Assembly (NCBI GenBank): GCA_035221665.1
Contig: CM069145.1
Span: 46,500,001-46,564,000 of the forward strand
Direction: 5' to 3'
Source: Okamejei kenojei
Lineage: Eukaryota
Length of the DNA: 64,000 bases
The stretch's first letter is position 1; the number at the start of each line of letters is the position of its first letter. Of the stretch, positions 1-13,109 are shown in pieces. Both the position numbers and the translations under genes were made by a program. Under the pieces are notes generated by a model. The model searched no databases. It saw nothing but the letters and a program-made list of their open reading frames with translations, and was not told the origin of the DNA.

Positions 1-1894
1 AATTGTCATTCCCACTTGTTAAAAGCTGACTCAGACTGGATAAGTTATGTACTTTAACCTCTGCCGGTTTATCTAAGTATTTAATGAATTTCATGTTTTA
101 TGCCATCTTTGCAACCTTCCCTTTTGTTGGTTATTGTCAGCATCCTCTTGATAAATTCAGCAGCAAAGTGTTTATTAACTATTTCAGCCATGACCTTAGT
201 CTCATTGCAGAGGGAGGTTGGTCTTAACTAATTAGACCAAACTCTTTGTACCATTTTCTATTTATGAGCTGAGAGATCCTTTTTACATGAGTCTATAATT
301 TCATCCAGAGTATTTGCTTTTTCACTCTTCTGTGAATTGCTGCTTCACAGCCTGGATGACCCAGCTGCAACTGGCCATTTTATGTGGCCTTCAGCTTAAT
401 TAAAATTGGGTATTGCAATGTCCTGATTGGGCTACATGCTGAGCACAAGTGCTGTGAGCTTTCAGTATTCAATCTGCTTCTAATTTGTAATATTAACCTG
501 ATGTGTCAAACAGTCCCTTTGTCAACTTCATCATATTACCCGTCTCCTTCATCTGTCAAGAGGTTCTGGCTTTTGCTGTGACTTTTTGACTCGGTGAGGA
601 TTACCTAGACTATATTCACATTTTTTTCTTTAAATCTTATGCATTGTTCTACTCCGTGCCAGTATTTTATTTCAATTAACCGGGGACAGTTCTCTCCTCC
701 ATGCCATTGAAGTTGCCTTTATTTCAGTTGAGAAGTTCTGTTCGTCCTTGGCCATTTCAAATCTTGATTTACAGTACTACTAGCACTGTATCCCATGTGT
801 TCCCAGACTAACCCTGGTACATTTCATTCCTAGGAGCACATCCATCACTGTTATCTTCCACTGATTATCCTACAAATTCCTGGCCTTTCATTGTCCTCAA
901 ACATTGTTCCTAATAAAGTTGGAGTTACCAGTTGCTTTACATCTCTTAACTCATTCTGTAATCTCACACTAGATTTGCAGTTCTACCTCCTAGTCACTAT
1001 TTTGTGACTAGGAGAAAATGCCCAGTTTCGTATTGTTTCCTATCTTAAACGTTATGAGTAGAGCCTTTGTCTCTTGAAGAATATTTCCCATGTCTTCCTT
1101 AAGTATGCAGTAACTACTATCACACCTTCTCTTTTTATCCTTCCCTGTCTTTCCTGGACATTTTGTAACTCAAAATATTTATTGCCATAGCTTTCCCATT
1201 TTTATTTAGACCCATATCTTAGTAATCAAGTAATCACCATTATTTAATTTCCTATATCTATTTGCACCTGCAGCACACCGACCTATGACATAACCACACT
1301 TACATGCAGTTGTGCACTACATGCTAAGCTCATCTTTGGCTTTGATGTAGTCTGTACCTGCTCCTTCTTCCTAGAATGCTGCTTCTTCATTGAGTTATCA
1401 TTGGAGTCTCAACTATAAGGTGGCTTACACATGATCTTGTATAAAGTGGAACATCACTGCATGCAGTTTTCTGCAGGAAGTATAAATTTGTAATGTATAT
1501 TGGCCTGATGATTTAATACAGGAAGGTGCAAAAAAGACAGAGTCTAAGTTATTTTAGATCATTATGAAATCAAGTGTGACGAGCTGGAACATAAACAGCA
1601 AAAGAAAGTGGAAGCAGACATTTCAGCCCATCATACGTGCCACGCCATTCAGTAATATCATTGCTAACCTTTTCCCTCAGTGTCATTTTCCTGCACTGAC
1701 CCCAGAGCCCTTGATTCCTTTTTTGGAAATACATCGAGTGATGGAGTTTTTCTAATTCATGGGTTGAACTCCAAAGATCACTTTGCGACTGTAGGTCTTG
1801 GAATCTTGACCAATGGAAAAAAAACGTTGGTGGGGGGACCTGACCTGAAAAGACGTATGCATGCAAAAGTACTTGTATCGGTGCTGGGTCTCAC

Positions 1895-2447
1895 TGTTGT
1901 CGTAATCGTAATTAATTTATTAGCCAAGTATGTTTTGCAACATACAAAGAATTTGATTTTGCCTTACAGTCATACCAAAAAAAGCAACAAGACGTACAAC
2001 AATATGCAAATTAACATAAACATCCACCACAGTGGCTCCACCAAATTACCCACGGTGATTGAAGGCAATAAAGTCTTATCTTCTTTCCGCCTTTTCCCCT
2101 GCGGTCAGGGCAGTTGAACTATCCGCAGTCGGGGCGGTCGAAGCTCCTGCGGCTTGGAGCTCCTTGGCAAAGGGACCGCCAGCTCCACAATGATAAGTCC
2201 GCAGGCTATCGTGGTTGGAGCTCCCCAGCACGAGGCCGCCAGCTCCACGATGTTAGGCTGCAGTGATACGATACGAAAAAAGTTGCATCTCTGTCGAGGA
2301 GAGATTTTAAAAGGTTTTCCCCACCCCCCACATAATACAAAACTAAAGGTACACTAAAACATACATTTACAACAGACTAAAATCAACAAAGAAGAAAAAG
2401 ACGAGACAGACCGTTGGAAGAGGCAGCCATTGTTCTGCGCCACCTGC
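1895..2447 (-). mobile_element. Non-autonomous SINE-like retroposon with Rex1/Babar-type tail (related to 40433-41505)
   Basis: Shares the CATCCACCACAGTG..GAAGGCAA.AAAGTCTTA block and GC-rich gctcc repeats with the 40433 and 51560 copies; AATAAA plus short-repeat tail on the minus strand. Confidence 0.6.
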
Positions 2448-2449
2448 TG

Positions 2450-3330
2450 GTCCATTAATTATATTAACAATTTAAATGTAAATATAGGTGGCATTGTTAG
2501 TAAATTTGCGGATTACACTAAAGTTGGTGATATAGTTGACGGTAAAGAAGATTATCCAAGATTACAACGGGATTTTGATCAACTGGACCAAAGGGCTGAG
2601 GAATGGCTGATGGAATTTTAATTCAGATAAAGATGAGGTGTTGGTAAGACAAGCCAGAACAGGACTTGCACAATACATTCTGGAGCCCTGAAGAGTGTGG
2701 TAGAACAGAGACAAAAAGGTGCAGGTACATGATTCTGTGAAAGTGGTTATACAGGTAGACATGGTGGTGATGAAAATATTTGGCACACTTGCCTTTGTTA
2801 GTCAGCGTCTCGAGTACAGGATCAACACAAAAGTCATGGAGTATCTCATTGGCCAGGCAGCATCTCTGGAGAAAAAGGATAGGTTATATTTTGGGTTGGG
2901 ACCTTTCTTCAGACTGAAAAAGGAAAAGCATCGATTAATCAAAGATAATCAGTTGATCTTTCTCAGAACTTTGACTGCATAGGCTGGGTATGTTTTCCTT
3001 GGAGTATGTGACTGAGGAAGAGCCTGATGAGATCTACAGAGCTATGAGATAGCAGATGTGTCCAAAGCCTAATGGCATTTGTTTAAGATCACGAGTAGGA
3101 GGTATAGAGGAATTGGGAGAAGAATATTTCACCAAGGGCTTAGTTGGAATTTGCAATGCATGGAGTGGTGATGGCAGATTCGCCATATTTAAATATCCAA
3201 ATGAGTACTTGAATTGCCTTGGCATCCAAGGTGATGAAACAAATGGAATTCATATAGATAGATACTTGATGGTTGGCATGTTCATTGTGGGCCAAATGGT
3301 ATGTTTCTGTGCTGTATGAATGCAAATGAG
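2450..3330 (+). mobile_element. Degenerate CR1-clade LINE 3' fragment, interrupted by a Penelope terminal fragment (about 2820-2917)
   Basis: YINNL..SKFADYTKVG RT motif in ORF 2430. Confidence 0.75.
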
Positions 3331-3439
3331 ATGGAAGATTAGATATGTGAATCAGTTACTGTGAAATATTAGTGGGTAACAAAGATTGTTGATAGGATGA
3401 AGTACAAAACATACATTGTATTTTGCAAAGTCTGCGATA

Positions 3440-4290
3440 ATGTATCAGCTGATGATACAAAATTTGGTGGTTTTGCAGATAATGAAGATGGTTGTAGCAG
3501 GATCTGGATCGATTGGCCAGGTGGGTGGCGGAATGGTTGGAATTTAATACAGAGAAGTGTGGGGTGTTGCATTTTGGGATGTCGAACAAGGTAAATGGTA
3601 GGCCTCTGGGTAGTGTTGTCGAGTAGAGGGGTCTAGGAGTACAGGTGCATGGTTGCTTGAAGGTCGAGTCGCAGGTAGATAAGGTGGTCAAAAAGGCTTT
3701 TGTCACTTTGGCCTTTATCAGTCAGAGTATTGAGAAGTTGGGAGGTCATGTTGCAGATTTATAAGACGTTGGTGAGACCGCATTTAGAATATTGTGTTCA
3801 GTTCTGGCCATCATGTTATAGGAAAGATATTGTCAAGCTTGAAAGGGTTCAGAGAAGATTTACGAGGATGTTGCCAGGATTAGAGCGTGAGCTATATGTA
3901 GAGGTTGTGTAGGCTGGGGCTCTATTCCATGGAGCGCAGGAGGATGAGAGGAGATCTTATAGAGGAATACAAAATGATGAGAGGAATAGATCGGGTAGAT
4001 GCACGGAGTCTCTTGCCCACAGTAGGGGAATGGACCAGAGGACAAAGGTTCAAGGTGAAGGAGAAAAGATTTAATAGAAATCCGAGGGGTAACTTTTTCA
4101 CACAAATGATGGTGGGTGTATGGAACAAGCTGCCAGAGGAGGTAGTTGAGGCTGGGACTATCCATTTGGATGGATATGGACCAAGCGCAGGCAAGTAGGA
4201 CCACTGTAGCTGGGACATTGTTGGGCGGTGTGGGTGAGTTGGGCCGAAGAGCTTGTTTCCACATTGTATCACTCTCTGACTCTATGACTC
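3440..4290 (+). mobile_element. CR1-clade LINE 3' fragment
   Basis: [42 protein letters not shown]; ctatgact tail. Confidence 0.9.
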
Positions 4291-4399
4291 ATACATAGAT
4301 GATTGAATAATCAATAGTAAAAGCAAACATGACAAATATTTGCTAGGTTATACATATAACAATACAGCACATGAACAGGCCTTTCAACCCATAAGGTCA

Positions 4400-5255
4400 A
4401 TAGACAAAAGGTGCAGGAGTAGGCCATTCGGCCCTTCGAGCCAGCACTGCCATTCAATGTGATCATGGCGGATCATCCCAAATTAGTACCCCGTTCCTGC
4501 CTTCTCCCCATATCCCCTGACTCCGCTATCTTTAAGAGCCCTTTCTAGCTCTCTGCCTCAGAGAACCGGCCTCCACCGCCCTTTGAGGCAGAGAATTCCA
4601 CAGACTCATAACTGTCTGTGAGATAAAGTATTTCCTCGTCTCCGTTTTAAATGGCTTACTCCTTATTCTTAAACTGCAACCCCTGGTTCTGGACTCCCAC
4701 AACATCGGGAACATGTTTCTTGCCTCTAGGGTGTCCAAACCCTTAATATTCTTATGTGTTTCAATAAGATTCCCTCTCATCCTTCTAAACTCCTGAGTAT
4801 ACAAGCCTAGCCGCTCCATTCTCTCAACATATGGCAGTCCCGCCATTCCTTGTTCTGTCAATTAACCTTATAAACCTACGCTGCACTCCCTCAATAGCAA
4901 GAATGTCCTTCCTCAAATTAGGGGACCAAAACTGCACACAATACTCCAGGTGTGGTCTCACTATACAACTGCAGAAGGACCTCTTTGCTCCTATACTCAA
5001 CTCCTCTTGTTATGAAGGCCAACATGCCATTCGCTTTCTTCATTGCCTGCTGTACCTGCATGCTTGCTGTCATTGACTGATGAACAAGGTCCTCCCCAGA
5101 TCCCGTTGTGCTTCCCCTTTTCCCAACTTGACACCATTTAGATAATTGCCTTCCTGATAATTGCCTACCAAAGTGGATAACCTCATATTTATCCACATTA
5201 AACTGCATCTGCCCACTCACCCAACCTGTCCAAGTCACCCTGCATTCTCATAGCA
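4400..5255 (-). mobile_element. CR1-clade (HER1-like) LINE 3' fragment
   Basis: ORFs 4532 and 4918 on minus strand (QFNVDK.EVIHFG, KKANGMLAFI, WNSLPQRAVEA); 3' UTR matches the 7996-9153 copy. Confidence 0.9.
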
Positions 5256-6514
5256 TGTCTGTTCTGACATGCTGCCAGGATAAACCAATCTTATCTGCAG
5301 GCACATGATTCATCTCTCTATCGAAAAACCTGGTAGTGGACCTTTGCTGATACCCCAGTCACCCACTTGAATCAATAATCTGCTATTGCTTAAGGATCTT
5401 ACAGTTACATTTGAGGGAATCAATTTAGTAGCCATTATACAATCTATAATTTACTGCCTTCATTGGAACATTTTACTGACACATTTCAATTTATAAGATA
5501 ACAAAAATTGCAAGAAAGTTTCTAGATGTTTTGCATGAGTCACAAAAACAAAGAAAAGTAATTGGGCAGCTGCAACCAGTGTTCAGCAAGGTAAATGGCA
5601 TTTTGGACTTTATTGCATTGTTGCAATTTTACCGGTACTTGTGAGGTCACAGCTAGAGTACTGTACACAGTTCATGTCCCCTTATTTGAGAATGGATATA
5701 ATTCATAGCTTGAGAGGGTTTCCCAATTTCAGAAAATGAGATAAATTAGATCTATTTTCTTTGGCATTTTGAAGAATGAAGGAAAATCTTAATCTTACCA
5801 AAGATAGGTCGTTGGGGTATTCAAAGAAAAAATAGATAATTCCTTGATCTTTCAAAGGTCAAAGGGCAGTGAGGTTCTCGCAGTGAAGTGGAAATTGTCC
5901 TGGGTCAGATCAGTATGATCATAATGAGTGATAGGGCAGTCATGAACACATATATTGCAGAGTGGCACTTGATTATCAATCAGAGAGCTACTTTTTGAAT
6001 AATATGTTAAATATAATGGGTGATAAAATCAAAATATTTTAACACAATATTTTTGTTTCATTTTCTCACTTGAGTAACTGTTGAATCATGGCCATTTGGC
6101 ATATTGCTCTAAGTAGAATCTTTTGTTGAATCTTCAGCCTACTATTGAAGTGGCTTATCTGAAAAATTGAATCCTTGGTGTAGTTGGACAACAAGGTTGG
6201 GTTCCATTGCTATCTCCTTGTTCGATACTTTAGTCCCTGCTGTTACATCTTACATTCTGCCATAGAATATTTGAACATTTTTGTTTTAAGTCACAACCTC
6301 TTTTCATTGAGATATAAATTATAGGAATCTACTTCAATCGCCATTGGTCCAAATCTGCAATTTTTTAATTTAATGTGTTTAGATAAATAAGTGTGTTTAG
6401 ATCGGTGTGCGGTAAAGAAGTATTGCTTTTCTGAGTAATGCATGCTTAATATTAAATAATGCAATCATACTGATTTTTTTTTAAATAACAGAGGCACTTG
6501 TTATTTTGTTAAAG

Positions 6515-6620
6515 GACGATATAGACAGTCTGAGCCCAGTTCTCAGGGACAACCCCCCGCTTCATGAAGAAGTAAAAGCCTGGGTTAAAGAACAAAAGGT
6601 TCAGGAAATTTTTATGCAAG
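6515..6620 (+). CDS. JMJD1C: JMJD1C exon 4-equivalent (DDIDSLSPVLRDNPPLHEEVKAWVKEQKVQEIFMQ-G)
   Basis: aaag|GAC acceptor, CAAG|gtatta donor, 106 nt, phase 0-1. Confidence 0.93.
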
Positions 6621-7902
6621 GTATTATTTTGTGTTTATCTCGTCGTCTTACAGTAGAATTATTAAGCTCCATTGTATTCTTTATTTAATTTTCACAGGAT
6701 ATGGAATGGTTTCAGCCGGAATTAGGCCAAATGGCCTTTTGAGTATGGATTGACTATTTCCACAATCCAGCAAATCCCTCTTTCCTGTACTCCCTCCCAC
6801 TTTTGCAATTTTATTCTTTCAAATACTTATACAGCTCCCTTCTGAATAGTACTATTGAATCTACATCCGCTAGCTCAACCAGTAGTATATTGCACTTTGA
6901 TTTTAAAAGATTCTCCTGTCTTCCTCTACTTTGACGATTCTGTGTCCCCGGGTTCTGGCCTCCTCAGCTTCTATCTACTCTGTCTATACCCTTCACAATT
7001 TTATATACTTCCATCAGATCCTCTTTCAACCTCCTCTGTTCCAAGGTCACCCCAACTTCTTCACTGTCCAACCACTTCACTGAAGCCCTTCAACCCTGGA
7101 GTTATTTTAGTAAATCTAATCTGTAAAGCCTTTATGAACCAGAAACATCTCTCCCTCTTTTTTGTTTTAAATGGACAATCCTATATTCTTTTGACCATTT
7201 TGCAACCTCCCCTGTCACTTTTAAAGGAATTGTGCATATCCCCAGATATCTGTGTTCTGGTAAAGCTTTTGAAATTATGCCTTCTCGTTTATATCACACC
7301 TTCTTCCTTCCAAAATGTAATTTGTTATATTTGTCAGTATAATATTTTAATCTGCTCTCCTCTGTCATTTTTAGCAATCTACCCCTAATACTCACTTGAA
7401 GGGAAATGTAATGCACATTTTCTGCATTACACAGAACAAATGCCAGCAACATTCTTTCAGCAAACTAGCAACCACTTATTCCTTAAACATGCAGATACAG
7501 TAGAAATTGAAACATCTGAATCATTTAAGACATTCTGCCAGTTGAAAAGATTAACTATTACTCCCAGTTTTCTATTAATTAGCTACTTTCCCCCCCTGTG
7601 ACTACATCTCTTTATTTCAAAGCTTTCAATCTTGATGAAAGACCTCTTATGTTATGCCTCATCAAGCCAAAGTCCATAAAAAGCATCAACTACATTTCCC
7701 TCCTCAACCATCTTCATTACTTTGTCAAAAGACATTGTCAATAGATGAACATGTTTGTGTTGAATAATTTCATGCCATCTTTCTCTGATCAATCCACACG
7801 TCCCACATGTCCATATGACATATTCTGCTCCTAACATATTGTTTGTCAAACTTTCCTCAATGCGAAATGTAAGATGACCAGACTGCAGTTATTAGGTTTA
7901 TC

Positions 7903-9625
7903 ATATAACCATATAACAATTACAGCACGGAAACAGGCCATCTCGGCCCTTCTAGTCCGTGCTGAACACTTGTTCTCCCCTAGTCCCATCTACCTCTGGC
8001 ATTAGTATACAAACTTAAAGCATACGGTATTAGGGGTTCAGTATTGATGTGGATAGAGAACTGGCTGGCAAAAGGAAGCAAAGAGTAGGAGTAAACGGGT
8101 CCTTTTCACAATGGCAGGCAGTAACTAGTGGGGTACCGCAGGGCTCAGTGCTGGGACCCCAGCTATTTACAATATATATTAATGATCTGGATGAGGGAAT
8201 TGAAGGCAATATCTCCAAGTTTGCGGATGACACTAAGCTGGGGGGCAGTGTTCGCTGTGAGGAGGATGCTAGGAGACTGCAAGGTGACTTGGATAGGCTG
8301 GGTGAGTGGGCAAATGTTTGGCAGATGCAGTATAATGTGGATAAATGTGAGGTTATCCACTTTGGTGGCAAAAACAGGAAAGCAGACTATTATTTAAATG
8401 GTGGCCGATTAGGAAAAGGGGAGATGCAGCGAGACCTGGGTGTCATGGTACACCAGTCATTGAAAGTAGGCATGCAGGTGCAGCAGGCAGTGAAAAAAGC
8501 GAATGGTATGTTAGCTTTCATAGCAAAAGGATTTGAGTACAGGAGCAGGGAGGTTCTACTTCAGTTGTACAGGGTCTTGGTGAGACCACCTGGAGTATTG
8601 CGTGCAGTTTTGGTCTCCAAATCTGAGGAAGGACATTATTGCCATAGAGGGAGTGCAGAGAAGGTTCACCAGACTGATTCCTGGGATGTCAGGACTGTCT
8701 TATGAAGAAAGACTGGATAGACTCGGTTTATACTCTCTGGAATTTAGGAGATTAAGAGGGGATCTTATAGAAACTTACAAAATTCTTAAGGGGTTGGACA
8801 GGCTAGATGCAGGAAGATTGTTCCCGATGTTGGGGAAGTCCAGGACAAGGGGTCACAGCTTAAGGATAAGGGGGAAATCCTTTAAGACCGAGATGAGAAA
8901 GACTTTCTTCACACAGAGAGTGGTGAGTCTCTGGAACTCTCTGCCACAGAGGGTAGTTGAGGCCAGTTCATTGGCTATATTTAAGAGTGAGTTGGATGTG
9001 GCCCTTGTGGCTAAGGGGATCAGAGGGTATGGAGAGAAGGCAGGTACGGGATACTGAGTTGGATGATCAGCCATGATCATATTGAATGGCGGTGCAGGCT
9101 CGAAGGGCTGAATGGCCTACTCCTGCACCTAATTTCTATGTTTCTATGTTTCTACCTGCACTCAGACCATAACCCTCCATTCCTTTCCCGTCCATATACC
9201 TATCCAATTTATTTTTAAATGATTAAATCGAATCTGCCTCCACCACTTCCACTGGAAGCTCATTCCACACAGCTACCACTCTCTGAGTAAAGAAGTTCCC
9301 ACTCATGTTACCCCTAAACTTCTGTCCCTTCATTCTCAAATCATGTCCTCTTGTTTGAATCTTCCCTACTCTCAATGGAAAAAGCTTATCCACGTCAACT
9401 CTGTCTATCCCTCTCATCATTTTAAAGACCTCTATCAAGTCCCCCCCTTAACCTTCTGCGCTCCGAAGAATAAAGACCTTCCATGTCAACTCTGTCTGTC
9501 CCTCTCATCATTTTAAAGACCTCTATCAAGTCCCCCCCTTAACCTTCTGCGCTCCGAAGAATAAAGACCTAACTTGTTCAACCTTTCTCTGTAACTTAGT
9601 TGCTGAAACCCAGGCAACATTCTAT
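7903..9625 (-). mobile_element. CR1-clade LINE fragment (host of the nested copy), with a 91-bp internal tandem duplication at 9389-9570
   Basis: ORF 9223 on minus strand (IEVFKMMRG..FFTQRVVAVWNELP); tail at 7903-7995 resumes after 9153. Confidence 0.85.
7996..9153 (+). mobile_element. Young 5'-truncated CR1 (HER1-like) LINE, C-terminal RT region
   Basis: ORFs 8049 and 8602 (SGVPQGSVLGP.LF.IYINDL, KFADDTK), one frameshift near 8590, (TTTCTATG)n tail, TCTACCT repeated at 7989 and 9151. Confidence 0.95.
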
Positions 9626-10407
9626 CTCTGCTCCCTTTTTTTAACGAGGATGTAACATTTATGATTTTCCAGTTCTTGGCACCACTTTTTCATCCGTTTA
9701 TGTTTGGAAGCATGAGGACAGGTTCTACAAAATATTTCCTTCATAGTCTTTCATCAGCTATGCCTCTCCTTTTTGCACCCTTTCCTATTTACAAGCTCGG
9801 AATATTTTGGGGTTACCTTCATTATTTACTGCCATCTTTACTCACAATGTCTTTGTTTCACATGTACTTTTTAAAATTCTCTCTATAACCTCCTGTAATC
9901 TGGTTGGTTCTTGAATGTTAGCAACCTGACTGCTATTCTTTTTTTTGCTCTAGTTTTCACTACTTTTTTAATCATCCAAACAGTCTGTTCTTTGCTTTCA
10001 CTACCTTTCTCTCTAAAAGGATGTTCTTATTTTTGGCTGATATATCCCCATCTTAAACTTAAAGGTCTCCGGTTGTTCAACTACTTACTGTGTTGTCTGC
10101 TGAGCTTTGATTCCCTTTAAACCAGCCATTCTCTCATCCCAATAAAATTGGTCCTTCTCCAGTAACTTTTTAATCTCGGAATAGTTAATGTTCTTTTCCA
10201 TATTCAAGCTGATTGTTATGATAATAGCACTGTTTCATTGTCATTTCTAAAGCTTAGATACGTGCATGATAATTTTAAAAAGAGTCAATTATTTTAGGAT
10301 GATTTATTCAACTTTTACAACATCAAAATTGATGCAAAACATTATTTCTGGCCCATTCTCTTCCTATGCGATGACTAGTTGCTCAATTTGTGCTTTACTC
10401 CTTGCAG

Positions 10408-10532
10408 GTCCCTATTCCTTGAACGGTTATAGAGTACGAGTGTACAGGCAAGATTCTGCCACCCAGTGGTTCACTGGTATCATTACTTACCATGATCTTT
10501 TAAGTCGCACTATGATCGTGATGAATGACCAG
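10408..10532 (+). CDS. JMJD1C: JMJD1C exon 5-equivalent (PYSLNGYRVRVYRQDSATQWFTGIITYHDLLSRTMIVMNDQ)
   Basis: ttgcag|GT acceptor, CAG|gtaaat donor, 125 nt, phase 1-0. Confidence 0.95.
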
Positions 10533-10658
10533 GTAAATAGATTTGAGGAAATGCTTATTTGGGCTGCATGAATTTGTTCATTATCTTTTGAAAAATGAAA
10601 TGCAAGCAAATTTCAGCTAAATTAACCGTTCCGTAACTTTGCATATTTTATGATTATA

Positions 10659-12660
10659 CAGTGCCCTCCATATGGTTTGGGACAAAGACCCATCATTTAT
10701 TTATTTGCCTCTGTACTCTGCAATTTGTGATTTGTAATAGAAAAAAATCACCTGGTTAAAGTGTACATTGTCAGATTTAATTAAAGAGTATTTTTATACA
10801 TTTTGATTTCACCATGTATAAACTACAGCTGTGTTTATACATAGTCCCACCATTTCAGGGCACCATAATGTTTGGGATACATCGTTTCACAGGCGTTTGT
10901 AATTGCTCAGGTGTGTTTAAATGCCTCCTTAATGCACGTATAAGTGAGCTCTCAGCGCCTAGTCTTTCCTCCAGTCTTTCCATCACCTTTGGAAACTTTT
11001 ATTACTGTTTATCAACATGAGGACCAAAGTTGTGCCAATGAAAGTCAAAGAAGCCATAATGCTACTTAGAAACAAGAATAAAACTGTTAGAGACATCAGC
11101 CAGACCTTAGGCTTACCAAAATCAACTGTTTGGAACATCATGAAGAAGAAAGAGAGCACTGGTAAGCTTACTAATCGCAAAGAGACTGGCAGCTCCACAG
11201 CTGATGACAGAAGAATTAGAAACATAGAAACATAGAAAATAGGTGCAGGAGGAGGCCATTCAGCCCTTCGAGCCAGCACCGCCATTCATTGTGATCATGG
11301 CTGATCGTTCCCAATCAATAACCCGTGCCTGCCTTTTCCCCATATCCCTCGATTCCACTAGCCCCTAGAGCTCTATCTAACTCTCTCTTAAATCCATCCA
11401 GTGATTTGGCCTCCAATGCCCGCTGTGGCAGGGAATTCCACAAATTCACAACTCTCTGGGTGAAAACGTTTTTTCTCACCTCAGTCTTAAATGGCCTCCC
11501 CTTTATTCTAAGACTGTGGCCCCTGGTTCTGGACTCGCCCAACATTGGGAACATTTTTCCTGCATATAGCTTGTCCAGTCCTTTTATAATTTTATATCTC
11601 TCTATAATAAAGAAAAAAACCCAAACACCTGTCTGATAGATCAAAAACACTCTTCAGGAATCAGGTGTAGATTTGTCAATGACCACTGTCCGCAGAAGAC
11701 TTAATGAACAGAAATACAGAGGCTACACTGCAAGATGCAAACCACTGGTTAGCTGCAAAAATAGGATGGCCTGGTCACAGTTTGCCAAGAAGTACTTAAA
11801 AGAGCAACCACACTTCTGGAAAAAGATCTTGTAAAAAGATGAGATGAAGATTAACTTATATCAGAGTGATGGCATGAGCAAAGTATGGAGGAGAGAAGGA
11901 ACTGCCCAAGATCCAAAGCATACCACCTCATCTGTGAAACATGGTGGTGGGGGTGTTATGGCCTGGGCATGTATGGCTGCTGAAGGTACTGGCTCACTTA
12001 TCTTCATTGAGGATACAACAGCTGATGGTAGTAGCATAATGAATTTTGAAGTGTATAGACACATCCTATCTGCTCAAGTTCAAACAAATGCCTCAAAACA
12101 CATTGGCCGGCGGTTCATTCTACAGCAAGACAATAATCCCAAACATACTGCTAGAGCAAGAATGGAGTTTTTCAAAGCTTAAAAAATGGTCATTTCTTGA
12201 GTGGCCAAGTCAATCACCCGATCTGAACCCAATTGAGCATGCCTTTTATATGCTGAAGAGAAAACTGTAGGGGACTAGCAGCTAAAGATGGCTACAATAC
12301 AGGCCTGGCAGAGCATCACCAGAGAAGACGCCTTCAACTGGTGATGTCCATGAATCGCAGACTTCAAGCCGTCATTGCACGCAAAGGATATGCAACAAAA
12401 TACTAAACATGACTACTTTTATTTACATTACATTGCTGTGCCCCAATCATTATGATGCCCTGAAATGGGGGGACTATGTATAAACACAGCTGTAATTTCT
12501 ACAAGGTGAAACCAAAATGTATAAAAATGGCCTTTATTAAAATCTGACAATGTGCACTTTAATCACATGATTTTTTTTCTATTACAAATCTCAAATTGTG
12601 GAGTGCAGAGGCAAATCAATAATAGATAGGTCTTTGTCCCAAACATTATGGACTGCACTG
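10659..12660 (+). mobile_element. Tc1/mariner DNA transposon copy 1 (IR/DR type, defective)
   Basis: TA|CAGTGCCCTCC...GCACTG|TA, TIRs of about 200 bp with inner direct repeat CAGGGCACCATAATGTTTGGGA; transposase remnants (HTH, KHGGG, QQDN.PKH, WPSQSPDLNPIE). Confidence 0.95.
11218..11597 (-). mobile_element. CR1 3' fragment nested in Tc1 copy 1
   Basis: (catagaaa)n tail; ORF 11315 on minus strand ending GYGEKAGTGY*; Tc1 sequence resumes at 11598. Confidence 0.92.
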
Positions 12661-12965
12661 TATATTTGTTTCAACCTTAATGTAGGCGATGACACACAAT
12701 ATGGTTCAGTTTTCCTGGTGCTTGAGAAATGTACTTACCTTACCAAAGTGGCTTTTTAAAAATATATAAACATTGACAGGACATTTAACAAAATGAAAGA
12801 ATAGAAACATCCAACAACCAGTTGAGGATGGGAAATATTACCAGTGCTGATTGGTATTAACATGCTGTTAATTCAAGCAGTGAACAGTATTCTGACATGA
12901 GAACACTAAATGTTTTTTTTTTGTGGCGTATTGTAAACGCTGTCCTGCTTTTGTGAACAAACCAG

Positions 12966-13109
12966 GTGCTAGAACCACAGAATGTCGATCCTTCTATGGT
13001 ACAAATGACTTTTTTGGATGATGTTGTTCATTCTCTGCTGAAAGGTGAAAACATTGGCATCACATCAAGACGAAGGTCTCGCTCTAATCAAAACAGTCCT
13101 GCAGTTCAT
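12966..13109 (+). CDS. JMJD1C: JMJD1C exon 6-equivalent (VLEPQNVDPSMVQMTFLDDVVHSLLKGENIGITSRRRSRSNQNSPAVH)
   Basis: accag|GTG, CAT|gtgagt, 144 nt, phase 0-0; not in ORF track. Confidence 0.95.

Noticed and set aside
1-6514. JMJD1C exons 1-3 or a promoter
   Set aside because: No match to the expected N-terminal peptides and no CpG island; the region is mostly decayed LINE sequence
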